Source: an uncultured Lentisphaerales bacterium (lineage in GTDB: Bacteria; Verrucomicrobiota; Lentisphaeria; JABSQK01; UBA12247). Taken from it: a stretch of DNA of 64,000 nt. The notes beneath the pieces were generated by a model, which saw only the letters and a program-made list of their open reading frames with translations, did not search any database and was not told where the DNA came from. The stretch lies in NCBI GenBank assembly GCA_943788985.1, contig CALSSJ010000012.1, forward strand, positions 1 through 64,000, read 5' to 3'. Positions 22,633 through 33,119 of the stretch are shown here, in pieces. A program made the translations under genes and the position numbers. Position 1 is the first letter of the stretch, and every line of letters starts with the position of its first letter.

Positions 22633-23967
22633 TCAACTCCGCCCCATATCGAACCCTTTACGGGCTGGAAGATTGATGAATTCGTTGAGCTGGTCATCAT
22701 TCGTCACGCGCAGGTTTTCTGCGTCCCATTTAATACGCTTCCCTTTGCCCCTACGTTCAGACAGAGCGGCAAGCATCAGTGCTTCTGTGAATGGGCCTGT
22801 TTCGTTAAAGTTTGTGCCAGGCAACGGCCCTCCGTTCGTTATGGCATCGACCCATTCCTTGTGATACCCACCCTTGATACGTGGAATTGTTTTCGGCGGC
22901 ATGTTCTTTCTGAAGTCCAGCCATTCATCATCATTCATCGTGATGATGCGTTTCGCGCTAGACCGGAGATCTGCCTGTAAGGTATGTTTGTCACCAACGA
23001 GCAAAAGGCAGCTGCCTCCTTTAGGTATCGTTAGCTCCTTGTTCTCAGGTTGCTTTCCTCCTGAGTACCAATGCACCTTCATGGGAGCCTTTTTGCCTCG
23101 AGCCGGGTACTCTAAAATGGTGTGGCTCCAGTTGGGGATCCTCTGACCATTTGAGAAGTCCTGAGCAACTTCGGATTGAACCGCCATAGGCGCACCCATG
23201 TCTAGCGCGTAGTTGGCGCCGTCAAGAGTGTGCGGGCCCCAATCCCCGATTAATCCACTTCCATACTCCCACCACGGACGCCATCCAACATAGCATCTAC
23301 GAAACCCAACCTGAGGATTCGAACCGAGCCACAGATCCCAGTCAAACCCGGCAGGAGGTTCTGATTCAGGGCACAAGGTCCAGCCCTTCTGATTGATGCG
23401 ATCGCGCGGTGGCTGGAGCACACCGTGAACCTCACGGACATCACCAAGCACTCCAGCGTCAACCCACTCCTTAAGCCGTCTGATTCCATCAGATGCTCTT
23501 CCGAAGTTACCTGATGCTGTAATGATTTTGAACGTCTGTGCCGCTTCCTTCAGCTTGCGTGCTTCCCACACCGTATGAGCCAGTGGTTTTTCAAGAAAGA
23601 GATGCTTGCCGCGTTCCATCGCCATATAGGCTGGCCAGTAATGTGCGTGATCAGGAGTGCTGACAACCACGGCATCGATATCCTTGTCCAGCTTGTCCAG
23701 CATGACACGGCAATCTTTGAAGCGCGGTACGGATGCCATACTCTCGGGGATTTTCCTGTATGTTTTCGAATTCACATCACACAGGCCAACAACATTAACC
23801 AGGTCGGCCAGGCCTTTCAGATTCGTTTTTCCCTGCGAGCCCAGTCCGATGAAGGCGACATTCAACCTGCTGTTCGCTGACTCTCCTGATTTCCCAATGG
23901 CGAAAGTTGAGAACATACAGCTCCCTGCAACCGCACTACTTGCTTTCAAAAACGTACGTCTATTCAC
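22633..23967 (-). CDS. Tat-exported Gfo/Idh/MocA family oxidoreductase
   Basis: MNRRTFLK Tat motif; VAFIGLGSQG, DAVVVSTPDHAH, LEKPL, DWDLWLG, IGDWGPH. Confidence 0.92.
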   Translation of the reverse strand: MNRRTFLKASSAVAGSCMFSTFAIGKSGESANSRLNVAFIGLGSQGKTNLKGLADLVNVVGLCDVNSKTYRKIPESMASVPRFKDCRVMLDKLDKDIDAVVVSTPDHAHYWPAYMAMERGKHLFLEKPLAHTVWEARKLKEAAQTFKIITASGNFGRASDGIRRLKEWVDAGVLGDVREVHGVLQPPRDRINQKGWTLCPESEPPAGFDWDLWLGSNPQVGFRRCYVGWRPWWEYGSGLIGDWGPHTLDGANYALDMGAPMAVQSEVAQDFSNGQRIPNWSHTILEYPARGKKAPMKVHWYSGGKQPENKELTIPKGGSCLLLVGDKHTLQADLRSSAKRIITMNDDEWLDFRKNMPPKTIPRIKGGYHKEWVDAITNGGPLPGTNFNETGPFTEALMLAALSERRGKGKRIKWDAENLRVTNDDQLNEFINLPARKGFDMGRS

Positions 23968-24002
23968 TCTCTATCCTCCTATTGATTGTCTTCTTCATGA
24001 TT

Positions 24003-24043
24003 TGCGAATCCCGCGCTGCTATTTGGCGGCGCCTGCATTTGTT
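24003..24043 (-). repeat. attC-like remnant supplying the stop codon of the EEP gene
   Basis: Minus strand AACAAATGCAGGCGCCGCCAAATAGCAGCGCGGGATTCGCA, read as TNAGAAK*. Confidence 0.55.
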
Positions 24044-25002
24044 TTCTCTGAACTTGGTTGATTGGCTAGCGTAAACGTCGCGACCACTGCGCGGTGGTCC
24101 GAGGGATAGGGAGTCACGACAATGTCGGCCTTCTCTTCGTCTTCACCGACGACCTTTGCGTCGGTCACTTGTAGGCCATTGCCCCTGAAATACACAAAAT
24201 CAATGCGGTCAGGGTGGCTCCTCGGGTCATCGTCCTTGTAGGCTGGCGACCAGGTGAAGCCCGGCTTGCCATCTCGTCGGGATAGATCTGCGATAGGCAT
24301 CGGTAAAGCCTGCTTTGGCGAACACCTTAGAGGTGGGGAATTCCACCTTCATGGGGTGGCGACCGGACTTGGCTGCGGCTTCGGTCCAGTCCAGGTGTGA
24401 GGGCTCGTTGAAATCGCCTACCACGAAAACAGGAACATTTTTGTCGATGCCCCGCATCATATGGAAGAGTCTTTTGAGGGTTGTACCTGTGTGCGCGCTT
24501 TTTGGGCTCCTTCAATCGCCTCGGCTTCGGTCTTGATGAAGGGAGTATCCTTGTGTCCCTTAAACTTTGGCCGAATGCCCATAAGCTGGTAGGGCTGATA
24601 AGGATTTGATGACAGGTGCAGGTTGAAGATGTAGGCTTCCTGCCCCGAAGGCAGCTTGACCTTGACGCCATATCTCTTCTCCTCGACAATCTCATAACGC
24701 GTCAAGACGGAGCCTGCGCGATTAAAGCCCAGCAACTCTGCCAACTTCTCCGCATTCTTAGGGTCAGATCTTGTATTGAGCTCCTGCAGGCCGACCACAT
24801 CTGCCTTTGCCTCCTGAATCACTTTGGCTGTTTGGGACAAGGGTTGCTTACGCCCCAAGCCACCCTTATATACATTGTACGTCATAACCTTCACGCTGGA
24901 CGCTTTGCGGGCCTCCTCGCCCTCTTGTGCCAAGGCCATGAAGGACATTGCTAGGTAGCCTGCGATAATGAGCACCGGTAGGGTGGTGAGTTGCTTGATC
25001 AT
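24019..25002 (-). CDS. Secreted EEP-family phosphodiesterase/phosphatase; frameshifted
   Basis: VMTYNV, DVVGLQE, VGDFNEPSHLDW, DRIDFVY, PSDHRAV. Frameshifts near 24480 and 24270. Confidence 0.85.
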
Positions 25003-25013
25003 GGTTTCCCTTG

Positions 25014-26360
25014 TTACTTAGTCATTAATGGAAGGACAGGGATAAGTTCGGCGCTGGAAAAATGACTCAGGTCAACGGCCAGTCCTTTTTCATTTGCGGA
25101 AACAAGGCCCCCCTTCGTATTCGTCTCACCCGTAAACAAGCCCTCAACGACGATCTGCTTGGTTGGGGGCATTTTAAAGATATGTAGATAATGCGTGGGG
25201 CCTTTAACCGTGATTCGACCCCAGCTTTGTTTCGGTAGTCTGCAAGCCTCTGTCCCATAGATGGCATCCGCATGGTTTTGCACCCATTGGCCCGCATCAA
25301 GAAGTACCTTGACCGAAGCGGGAGGCACGGTGCCATCCGCCATAGGGCCGATATTGAGGAGGTAATTACCGCCCTTGGAATTGATGTCGATGAGATCCTC
25401 GAGAATTTGCTTGGACGACTTCCAGCTGGTATCACTAATTTTATAGCCCCAGCTGTGATTAATGGTGTAGCAGGATTCCCAAAGATAATCGACGGGTTTA
25501 CCGAGCTTAACCTGTTCGGGTGTGCCGTAATCGAATTTAAAGGTCGCGCGTTTGGCCACGCGATTGTTGATAAGGATTGAGGGCTTGAGCTCGCGCAGAT
25601 AATTGTAGAGCTCGATGCCTTGATCCATGGTCCACCATTTCATCCAATCCCCATCAAACCAAATAATGTCGGTATCATATTTGGTGATGAGATCCTTGAG
25701 ATGGCTCTTCATATACCTGATGTACTTCTCCTGGTTTTCAGGACTCACCTTGGGGTTTCGAGAAACAATTTGGCCGTTGTCCTGCGTGGGGTGATACCAA
25801 TCCAGTGTGGAATAATACGTTCCGAAACGAAGGCCGTGTTTCTTGCAGGCCTCCGCAAGTTCTTGGAGCAGGTCGCGTTTAAAAGGCGTAGCCGAAATGT
25901 CATAGTCTGTATCGGGCGCATCCCATAGGCAGAAACCATCGTGGTGTTTTGTCGTGATCACGATGTATTTCATCCCCGCGGCTTTGGCGGTTTTGACAAT
26001 GCTTTCGGCATCCCAATTGACGGGATTAAACGTAAGGGCCGTTTTCTCGTATTCTGCTTTGGGGATTTTTGCATTGCACAGAATCCATTCCGCATAACGG
26101 CGTGCGGGTTTACCCTTATAGACACCTCCATAGATCGCATAAGGCCCGAAATGAATAAACATCCCGTAACGCGCATCGGTAAACCAGGCCATCCGCTGTT
26201 TGAATTCGGCCGATGTCTCGGGCCGTAGCGGAATGGTTGCGGCCTGGATCGAGGATTTTTTCATATCCTCAAAAATGAGATCACTGGCCGATATTTTTTC
26301 AGCGCCATAACTTTGCGCAGACAAGACCAGCATTAAAAGTAATTCGCGAAATTTCTTCAT
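25014..26360 (-). CDS. GH29 alpha-L-fucosidase
   Basis: WFTDARYGMFIHFG, ITTKHHDGFCLW, IIWFDG, INNR, NSKGGNYLLNIGP. Confidence 0.93.
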   Translation of the reverse strand: MKKFRELLLMLVLSAQSYGAEKISASDLIFEDMKKSSIQAATIPLRPETSAEFKQRMAWFTDARYGMFIHFGPYAIYGGVYKGKPARRYAEWILCNAKIPKAEYEKTALTFNPVNWDAESIVKTAKAAGMKYIVITTKHHDGFCLWDAPDTDYDISATPFKRDLLQELAEACKKHGLRFGTYYSTLDWYHPTQDNGQIVSRNPKVSPENQEKYIRYMKSHLKDLITKYDTDIIWFDGDWMKWWTMDQGIELYNYLRELKPSILINNRVAKRATFKFDYGTPEQVKLGKPVDYLWESCYTINHSWGYKISDTSWKSSKQILEDLIDINSKGGNYLLNIGPMADGTVPPASVKVLLDAGQWVQNHADAIYGTEACRLPKQSWGRITVKGPTHYLHIFKMPPTKQIVVEGLFTGETNTKGGLVSANEKGLAVDLSHFSSAELIPVLPLMTK

Positions 26361-26366
26361 TTTTTA

Positions 26367-29300
26367 TCATTCCCCTGTTTCAATGATGGTGTCACTGCGG
26401 TCATACGCGATGTTGAGTGCCTCAAGGATTTGGGCGTGCTTCTCAAGGCGGCGCTGGAAGGATTCCCAGCTTTTCATTCCGGCAGGGGTCCATCCAACTT
26501 CGGCAACCGAGATCAGGCGCGGAAAGACCTTCTTGTCGAGGCGATCCATGAGAATTCTCTCCGTCCAGACCGGGGCCTCCAGTCCGATGATCCGATTCCG
26601 CTCTTCCTGCGTCAGGCCGGCAGGAACGGGCTCGAAGGTATAAATCGACCGCGCGGGCACCAGCCGCCTCCGATACCTTCTGGTATGCTTGTTCAATTCT
26701 TCTGCGTTGGCCTTGTTGGCGGGATAATCGAGGTAGATCTTCCGATTATAGGAGTTGATGACCTCTCTGCCGGCACGAACCCCTTGCAACGCTTCTGACG
26801 GTTTGTTCCAAGCCTGAACGATTTGTCCCTCAGGAACGCCGCCTTGAATATGCTCTGCCCAGCCGATCGAGCGGATGCCGCGTTTGCGAAGTCGTTCGCT
26901 GACCTCATTCAAAAACCAGTTCTGCAGGTGGTGCTCATCTTCGAGCTTCAGTTTGTCCCTTAGTGCGACACAATGGGTGCATTTCTCCCAGTTGCCACGC
27001 GGGCGTTCGTCGCCCCCGACATGAAACAGCCCATCAGTGAAGATCGTTTGCAGTTCGTCAAACACCTCCATGATGAAGGGGATGGTGGTCTCGTGCTTGC
27101 CCGCGCAGATCGCCCTTCTGCCCGCGGCACTTGAAAAGGAACGCATTCCGGGCTCGCCCATTTTGAGCGGGGCGCCGTCATTGCAGCCATATTCCGGGTA
27201 GGCCATCAACAGCGCGTTGACGTGCCCGGGGATATCAAACTCCGGAACGACCTTGATGTAGCGTTCGTGTGCATATGCCACGATTTCCCGCATCTGCTCC
27301 TGCGTGTAGTAGCCATTGAGTTCTTCGTCTTTTGAACGGTCGCCGGGGTAGCCACCGATGCTGGTGAGTTTGGGATACTTCTTGATCTCGGCGCGCCATG
27401 CCTCGTCATCGGTCAGGTGCCAGTGGAAGACGTTCATTTTGTAGAGCGCCATGAGGTCGATGTATTGCTTGATCTTGTCGATCGTCTGTATGTGCCGACA
27501 GCTATCCAGCATGAACCCGCGCCATTTGAAGCGGGGCGCATCTTCGATCTCGACGAAGCCGATACGCAGATCAGAGAAGGCATTGCGATGCACCGCATAG
27601 TCCTGATGAAAGATGGCGGCAGGCAGCATCTGCTTTAAAGACTGCAAGCCATAGAACACACCTTGCGCATCCGCGCCGATGATGCGAATGCCTTTCTGGT
27701 CGACACTGAGACGATAGGCGCCAGCCACCTTGCCCTCAAACATGTCGGGGGCCACGCGGAGCTTGATCTCCGATTCCCCTGCTTTTCCTTTACCGCCTAC
27801 GGCTACCTTCAGCCCTGCGCCTTTACGCAGGAACACCGCAAAGCGCTCAGCATTGGCTTTGAGCTGATCCTCCGATGCGGTTCCACCGGTGATGCTAATT
27901 CGTATCTGCTGCTGCAGTGGGTAAAAGCCCTGCTGGAGTTCCAGAGATTTACACTTGGGAATAATGGATTTACGCTCTGATTCCGGAGCAGTAGCCGCGT
28001 CGGCCGTCGTCTCCGGCAGGTCCAATTCCGACAAGGGAACACCCGGTAGAATGGTGGTTGTTTTCAGTTCCTTTGCAATGAAGCGATATTGGCCGGAGCC
28101 GACTTGATAGACGGCTGCTCCCTGCTCGCGGCGCAGGAACTTGACGCCTTGGGCTTGCGCTGCCGGCTTGCCGCTTTCCCGAACAGTGTCAGGGTCACCG
28201 GTCGGGACAAACACCGTGGCGGTGGTGTTCGGAGGAATGACGATATGCAAGCTGAGCTCGCCCCCCTCGATACGCCACTGGCTGGCCACGCGCCCGCGGA
28301 TGGTCTGATATTCTCCCTTGGCCCAGGTCAAGCCCGGCGCCGGTTGGGGACGAATGATCAGTCGGTCCCACCCAACCATTTCCGGATCGGGCTGAATCCC
28401 CGCAAGCGCCTTGACAAACCACTCGCCTACGGATCCGAACATGGGATGATTGTGAGAGAAGATGTTGTCGCTAAACTTCCAGTGTTCCCAGAGCGTGGTT
28501 GCACCCCGTTCCAGCATGTAACCCCAGCCTGGGTACTCCTTTTGGTTGACGATCGTACAAGCAAGGTCTGTGCGGCCGAGATCAGACAAGACCAGCGGCA
28601 TGAAGCGCGTGCCGAAAATGCCGGTGGTCAGGTGGCCGTTGCGTTTCTCTAGAATGTTCCGGACCAGAACGTCCAGAGCGTTTTGTCGTTCCTCCTGCGG
28701 CACCAGATCATAAAACAGCGCGAAGGACTGACTCGCCTGGGTGGCGGAATCGTAGGCCCCCGTGCCTGGTTTCAGGAACTGGCGGTTGAAGGCTTTCTTG
28801 ATGTCGTCAGCAAGAGTGGCATACTGCTCGGCGTCCTGGGTCTTTCCCAATACACGCGCAATGCGGGAAAGCGTTCGGACATTGTCATAGTAGAAGGCCG
28901 TCCCTGTGAGCGCTTTGGGCTTGCGAACAAGACTTTCGTGATCACTGAGCCCCCTCTTGATAATGTGGTCCTTAGCGCAGGAACGGAGAAATTCCACCCA
29001 TTGCTTTGTGACGGGGTAGTACTCCTCCATAAGTTGGCGGTTGCCGTAGTATTGATAAAGCTGCCATTGAAGTTGAATGAATGCGGTGCCCCATCCGATC
29101 GGCCCGGCGCCGCTCCCCAGACCTCCGTCCATAACACCGACGTGCGGCGCTGTCTCGGTCATTCCGCCATTGGGACGGACGGCATCCGCGTAGTCGTGCA
29201 CGATCTTCGTGTAGAATGTGGCCATGTCGAAATTGAGCAAAAAGGTGTCGCTGCTACAGACGATATCGCCGCCATATCCCCACTTTTCGCGATGCGGGCA

Positions 29301-30800
29301 ATCCGATTGGACGCTGAACAGGTTGGAAAGGAAGGTCCATTCGATCATCTGCTGGATTTTATTAAATTGTTCATTGGAACAAGCAAAGTTGCCAGAGGGG
29401 TTGACCGCACTGTTCAGACGGTGTCCCTCGAGGGCTGTCAGCGGCGGTTCCCCCGGGTATCCGGTGACTTCTACGTAACGGAACCCATGAAAAGTAAACC
29501 GCGGGGTGTAGGTCTCCTTTGCCCCGCCTTTGAGTGTGTATACATCCTGCTGCCATGCGGTTTCCGGGCCGCCCGGAGAAGGCTGTACTCTCCCTTTCTT
29601 GATCTGGCCGCATACCGCGGTCATGGCGTTGAGGCGTCCATCCGGATACAGCAGCTCGCCGTAACGCAGTTGTACGGTCGTGCCTGCCGGACCTTTCACG
29701 TGGAGCCTGACCCAGCCGGCAAAGTTCTGCCCGAAATCGAAAACATAAGTTCCCGGCTTGGTTTGGGTGCGTTTCACGGGTCGCAGAACCTTGGTGACAC
29801 GAATTGGGGGCGCGTTCTGCGCGCGCAACGGCCCGACCGATTCAGTGGCCGCAACCGCATTTTGCCACTTCGACTCCTTGAAATCCGGCTTATCCCATCC
29901 GGGCTGTTCGCGACGGGCGTCATACACTTCACCCAGATAGACGTTATTGCGGAGAATCGGGCCCTGACTTGTTTTCCATGTGCCATCGGTAATCACCGTC
30001 TGAGAGGTGCCATCGGCGTAGTCAATGACCAACTGCATGATAACGCGCGGCTGGCCGATGGTAAGATGCTCGCGCAGGTTCAGTCTGCCCCACTGTCGTA
30101 AAGGCAACGGGTTATACCAGCCGTTGCCAAGTATGACACCGACGGCGTTGCGTCCGTTCCTAAGGTGCTCAGTCACATCATACGTGGAATATAGAACGCG
30201 TTTGGAATAGGTTGTCCAGCCCGGCTCCAGCATGTGGTCGCCGACGCGCTTGCCGTTGAGACGAAGCTCGTAATATCCCAGGCCGCTAATGTAAGCACGA
30301 GCCCGCGCAACAGGTTTTTCCATCGCAAATTCCTTGCGCAACAGCGGTACGGGTCGGTCACTGAAGTGATCCGCTTCGGACTCTGGCTCAGGCTCCAACC
30401 GTCGAATCCATTGAGCACGCCAATCTTGAGGTTTCAACAGGCCCATTTCCCACCGCGCCTGGATGCTCCACGCCGAGGCTTGCCGGCCTTGTCCCACATA
30501 CGGACCTTCCAGAAACATTTGCTGCCGTGCTTTCAGGGGCTTGCCGGCGTAAACGACGTTAATGGTTCGATCGCTCTTTACCCTGCCGCTGTCCCACATA
30601 TCCCCCTTGTCCCGGCGAGAAGCTCCGCAGTCGAGGCAACGAGCACCCGGTACCCCCGTTTGCCGCTCGCCGCGGCGCTCGGATTCGAGCACCCAGCTAA
30701 GCCTTGGATTTTCCACGTCGATTCCAAGCGGAGCCGCGGAGATACTCACAGCGGAGGTCGGTAATATCGAAAGGCTTGCCCGACGCGGCAAATGTAACCG
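26367..30800 (-). CDS. GH78 alpha-L-rhamnosidase-like domain fused in-frame to a GH20 hexosaminidase (3' part of a probable mega-fusion starting at 33119)
   Basis: PLGIDVENPRLSW, ISGLGYYEL, FDFGQNFAG, FTFHGFRYVE, SDCPHREKWGYGGD, GATTLWEHW and HNHPMFG, followed directly by the GH20 motifs WRGFMLDSCRH and HVGGDE. Confidence 0.9.
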   Translation of the reverse strand, partial: RLHLPRRASLSILPTSAVSISAAPLGIDVENPRLSWVLESERRGERQTGVPGARCLDCGASRRDKGDMWDSGRVKSDRTINVVYAGKPLKARQQMFLEGPYVGQGRQASAWSIQARWEMGLLKPQDWRAQWIRRLEPEPESEADHFSDRPVPLLRKEFAMEKPVARARAYISGLGYYELRLNGKRVGDHMLEPGWTTYSKRVLYSTYDVTEHLRNGRNAVGVILGNGWYNPLPLRQWGRLNLREHLTIGQPRVIMQLVIDYADGTSQTVITDGTWKTSQGPILRNNVYLGEVYDARREQPGWDKPDFKESKWQNAVAATESVGPLRAQNAPPIRVTKVLRPVKRTQTKPGTYVFDFGQNFAGWVRLHVKGPAGTTVQLRYGELLYPDGRLNAMTAVCGQIKKGRVQPSPGGPETAWQQDVYTLKGGAKETYTPRFTFHGFRYVEVTGYPGEPPLTALEGHRLNSAVNPSGNFACSNEQFNKIQQMIEWTFLSNLFSVQSDCPHREKWGYGGDIVCSSDTFLLNFDMATFYTKIVHDYADAVRPNGGMTETAPHVGVMDGGLGSGAGPIGWGTAFIQLQWQLYQYYGNRQLMEEYYPVTKQWVEFLRSCAKDHIIKRGLSDHESLVRKPKALTGTAFYYDNVRTLSRIARVLGKTQDAEQYATLADDIKKAFNRQFLKPGTGAYDSATQASQSFALFYDLVPQEERQNALDVLVRNILEKRNGHLTTGIFGTRFMPLVLSDLGRTDLACTIVNQKEYPGWGYMLERGATTLWEHWKFSDNIFSHNHPMFGSVGEWFVKALAGIQPDPEMVGWDRLIIRPQPAPGLTWAKGEYQTIRGRVASQWRIEGGELSLHIVIPPNTTATVFVPTGDPDTVRESGKPAAQAQGVKFLRREQGAAVYQVGSGQYRFIAKELKTTTILPGVPLSELDLPETTADAATAPESERKSIIPKCKSLELQQGFYPLQQQIRISITGGTASEDQLKANAERFAVFLRKGAGLKVAVGGKGKAGESEIKLRVAPDMFEGKVAGAYRLSVDQKGIRIIGADAQGVFYGLQSLKQMLPAAIFHQDYAVHRNAFSDLRIGFVEIEDAPRFKWRGFMLDSCRHIQTIDKIKQYIDLMALYKMNVFHWHLTDDEAWRAEIKKYPKLTSIGGYPGDRSKDEELNGYYTQEQMREIVAYAHERYIKVVPEFDIPGHVNALLMAYPEYGCNDGAPLKMGEPGMRSFSSAAGRRAICAGKHETTIPFIMEVFDELQTIFTDGLFHVGGDERPRGNWEKCTHCVALRDKLKLEDEHHLQNWFLNEVSERLRKRGIRSIGWAEHIQGGVPEGQIVQAWNKPSEALQGVRAGREVINSYNRKIYLDYPANKANAEELNKHTRRYRRRLVPARSIYTFEPVPAGLTQEERNRIIGLEAPVWTERILMDRLDKKVFPRLISVAEVGWTPAGMKSWESFQRRLEKHAQILEALNIAYDRSDTIIETGE

Positions 30801-30899
30801 CACCCTTGACCTTTTTCTCGTGGCGAGGATTAGCATTGCGGGGCGGGTAATCCGCATCACCCTGTTTAGGTCCGGCAACAGCAAGCGATACCATCGTTT

Positions 30900-31530
30900 C
30901 TTTGTCAAGGACATTCAACGCATCAAGCATAAGCTCTGACAGAAAGCGGTTACCTGCCTCGTTCATGTGAACGCGGTCTCCGGTAAAATACCTCGCTCGG
31001 CATTGTCTGGATTATGTTGCTTGAGGTAGCCGATACATGCCGCTCTGAGATCAAGGAGTTGAGACTTTGTTTCGCGCGCAACCTTGCGACTGATTTCCGC
31101 ATACTCGTCGAGCATCTTGTCCTGGGGGTTGGATCCGTCCGGCTTCTCGCCGATGACCGTGGGGTGCAAAGGATGACCCGTGCGCCGACCTCGTTGATCT
31201 TTCCGATCATATCCTTCAATCCTGATTCAAACGTTTCGGGCGTGGTTCCTTTACTAGGTTTTCCGCCCCGCCCGCGAAGGCTCCAGTGCCACACATCGTT
31301 AATGCCGATGTAGATCACGACGACCGAGGGTTTCTTTTGGAGCACATCGCGATCAAGGCGCTTCTGACAGTCCGGCACTTTATGACCGCTCCTGCCGGCA
31401 CCAATGACCTCAATCCCGAGATCAGGGCAGGCCTTTGCAATCACCTGCGCGGTCAAGGTGACATAGCCATCCTCCTTGACCCCCAACTGGGTATCGAATC
31501 ACCGAGAAAGATAATCCTATCGTTCTTCTT
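30900..31530 (-). CDS. SGNH/GDSL esterase domain (middle of the probable fusion); frameshifted
   Basis: DRIIFLGDS, GAGRSGHKV, IYIGINDVW, VHMNEAGN. The C-terminus runs in one frame (ORF 30697-30966) into DITDLRCEYL of the GH78 domain. Confidence 0.8.
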
Positions 31531-33119
31531 CAGTGGCGGTCCGGAAAGGGATTTCTTCCTGGAGGGGGCGCTTTCACAGGAGCCACTGCACCCACCTCGG
31601 CAGGAATTTTAGCTTCAGTGCTGAAGATCGAGGCAGGCAAGCCCTCTTTGTTATACAGATTGGCTGATTTGGCATTCGTGGACCATGCATAGCGGACCAC
31701 CGTTGGCTTTGGCACCTCCGGATGGGAGACCGTCACGCTGTCTTTGCTCGTGATTTCAGCCTGCGCCCATTTCCATTGACGGTCAGCCCCGCAAATCTGG
31801 AAATATTTCAACGGCTGCTTCGTTTCCTGCGTTGCTTCCATGCCGGTTTTTGATCCGGTCATCAGCCCGGAGCCTGCATGATCAAACTCGATGATGACTT
31901 GTTTGCCATCGATCTTGTGGCTCTTGTAAAGTGGCCCGCTGCACACGGGAACCTGCTTTTGATAATCATGCTTCAAGGCCCAGAGGGCGAGCCGCTTGCC
32001 GACGTCCACTTTGTTATGTGCGTGCACGTCATGGGCTTCGCCGATGTCACTCGACACCGTCATGCCGGTGTTTTTCACCCGGAGTGTGCGGCGCTGCTGG
32101 TCACAGATGGTGGGCCAGCCGTCATACTCCACAGGCTTCATCGTGGGTGGGTCGTAGCTGGCGCGCGAGCGTCCCTGGTAGTTGGTCAGCTGGACGAAGT
32201 AGAAGGGGAACTCGCCCTGTGCCCATAGCTTGCGCCAGGCAGTGATCATGGCACTGAAGTGTTGTTCGTACTTGAGGGTATTGTGATCGCGATTGGATTC
32301 ACCCTGATACCAGATGGTGCCGCGGATGGCATAGGGGATCACCGGGTTAACCATGCCATTGAAGATGGTAGCTGCCTGCTTTGGGTTCTTGTTGTAGTAG
32401 GCTGCCATTTCTTCATCCGCCTGAAACGCTTCAGCCGGCATCCAAGGTTCGATGCGGGTGCCACCCCAGGCGCACTTGATCAGGCCCACCGGAACATTGA
32501 GCTCTCTGCGTAGCTCGCGAGCAAAGAAATAGGCGGTGCCTGAAAAACCAGGATTGTTCTGCGGTGATGAATCCAACCAAGTCCCCTTGAGGGTTGCTCA
32601 GCGGCTTCATGGGTGATTTGGTCTTGGCCACGGTAAACTGCCTCAGCAGCGCATCACTCGCGGTTTCCATTTCCTTTTTGACATAATTTGCCGTGGGGAT
32701 GTGTTCCGGTGTGGTGCGCTTCGGAGACACCTTGGCCAGCTGTTCCATCTCTCCACTCCATGTTCGACTGCCCGGAGCAGAACCAGACTTCTCCGGAGAG
32801 CACGTCCTTGATGGTCAATCGTATTGTTGCCCTTCAGGGTCAGGGTATGAGGGCCACCTGCCTCTGGGGTCTTCAGCTTGACCATCCATTTTCCGGAGGC
32901 ATCGGCGGTGGTCGCCGCGCTTTCTCCCCAGCTGCCGGTGACGCTTACTTTTTCCCCTGCATCAGCCGAGCCCCAGACGGGCGCTTGGGTCTCACGCTGG
33001 ATCACCATGTGATCGGTGAAGAGTGCAGCAGGCACGACATCCGCCAAGCTGACACTTGGGATCGCAGTGACAAAGGCAGCTGCAATCGCTGAAATGATTT
33101 TGATTGAATGATACTTCAT
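31530..33119 (-). CDS. Sialate O-acetylesterase (SASA)-like domain with signal peptide (5' part of the probable fusion); frameshifted
   Basis: LFTDHMVIQRE, AWGGTRIEPW, IWYQGESN, PFYFVQL, DVHAHNK, VRYAW..NLYNKEGLPA. Confidence 0.85.

Noticed and set aside
26367..33119. Programmed ribosomal frameshifting between the enzyme domains
   Set aside because: The shifts also fall inside domains and across many unrelated genes without consistent slippery motifs; sequencing indels are the simpler explanation.
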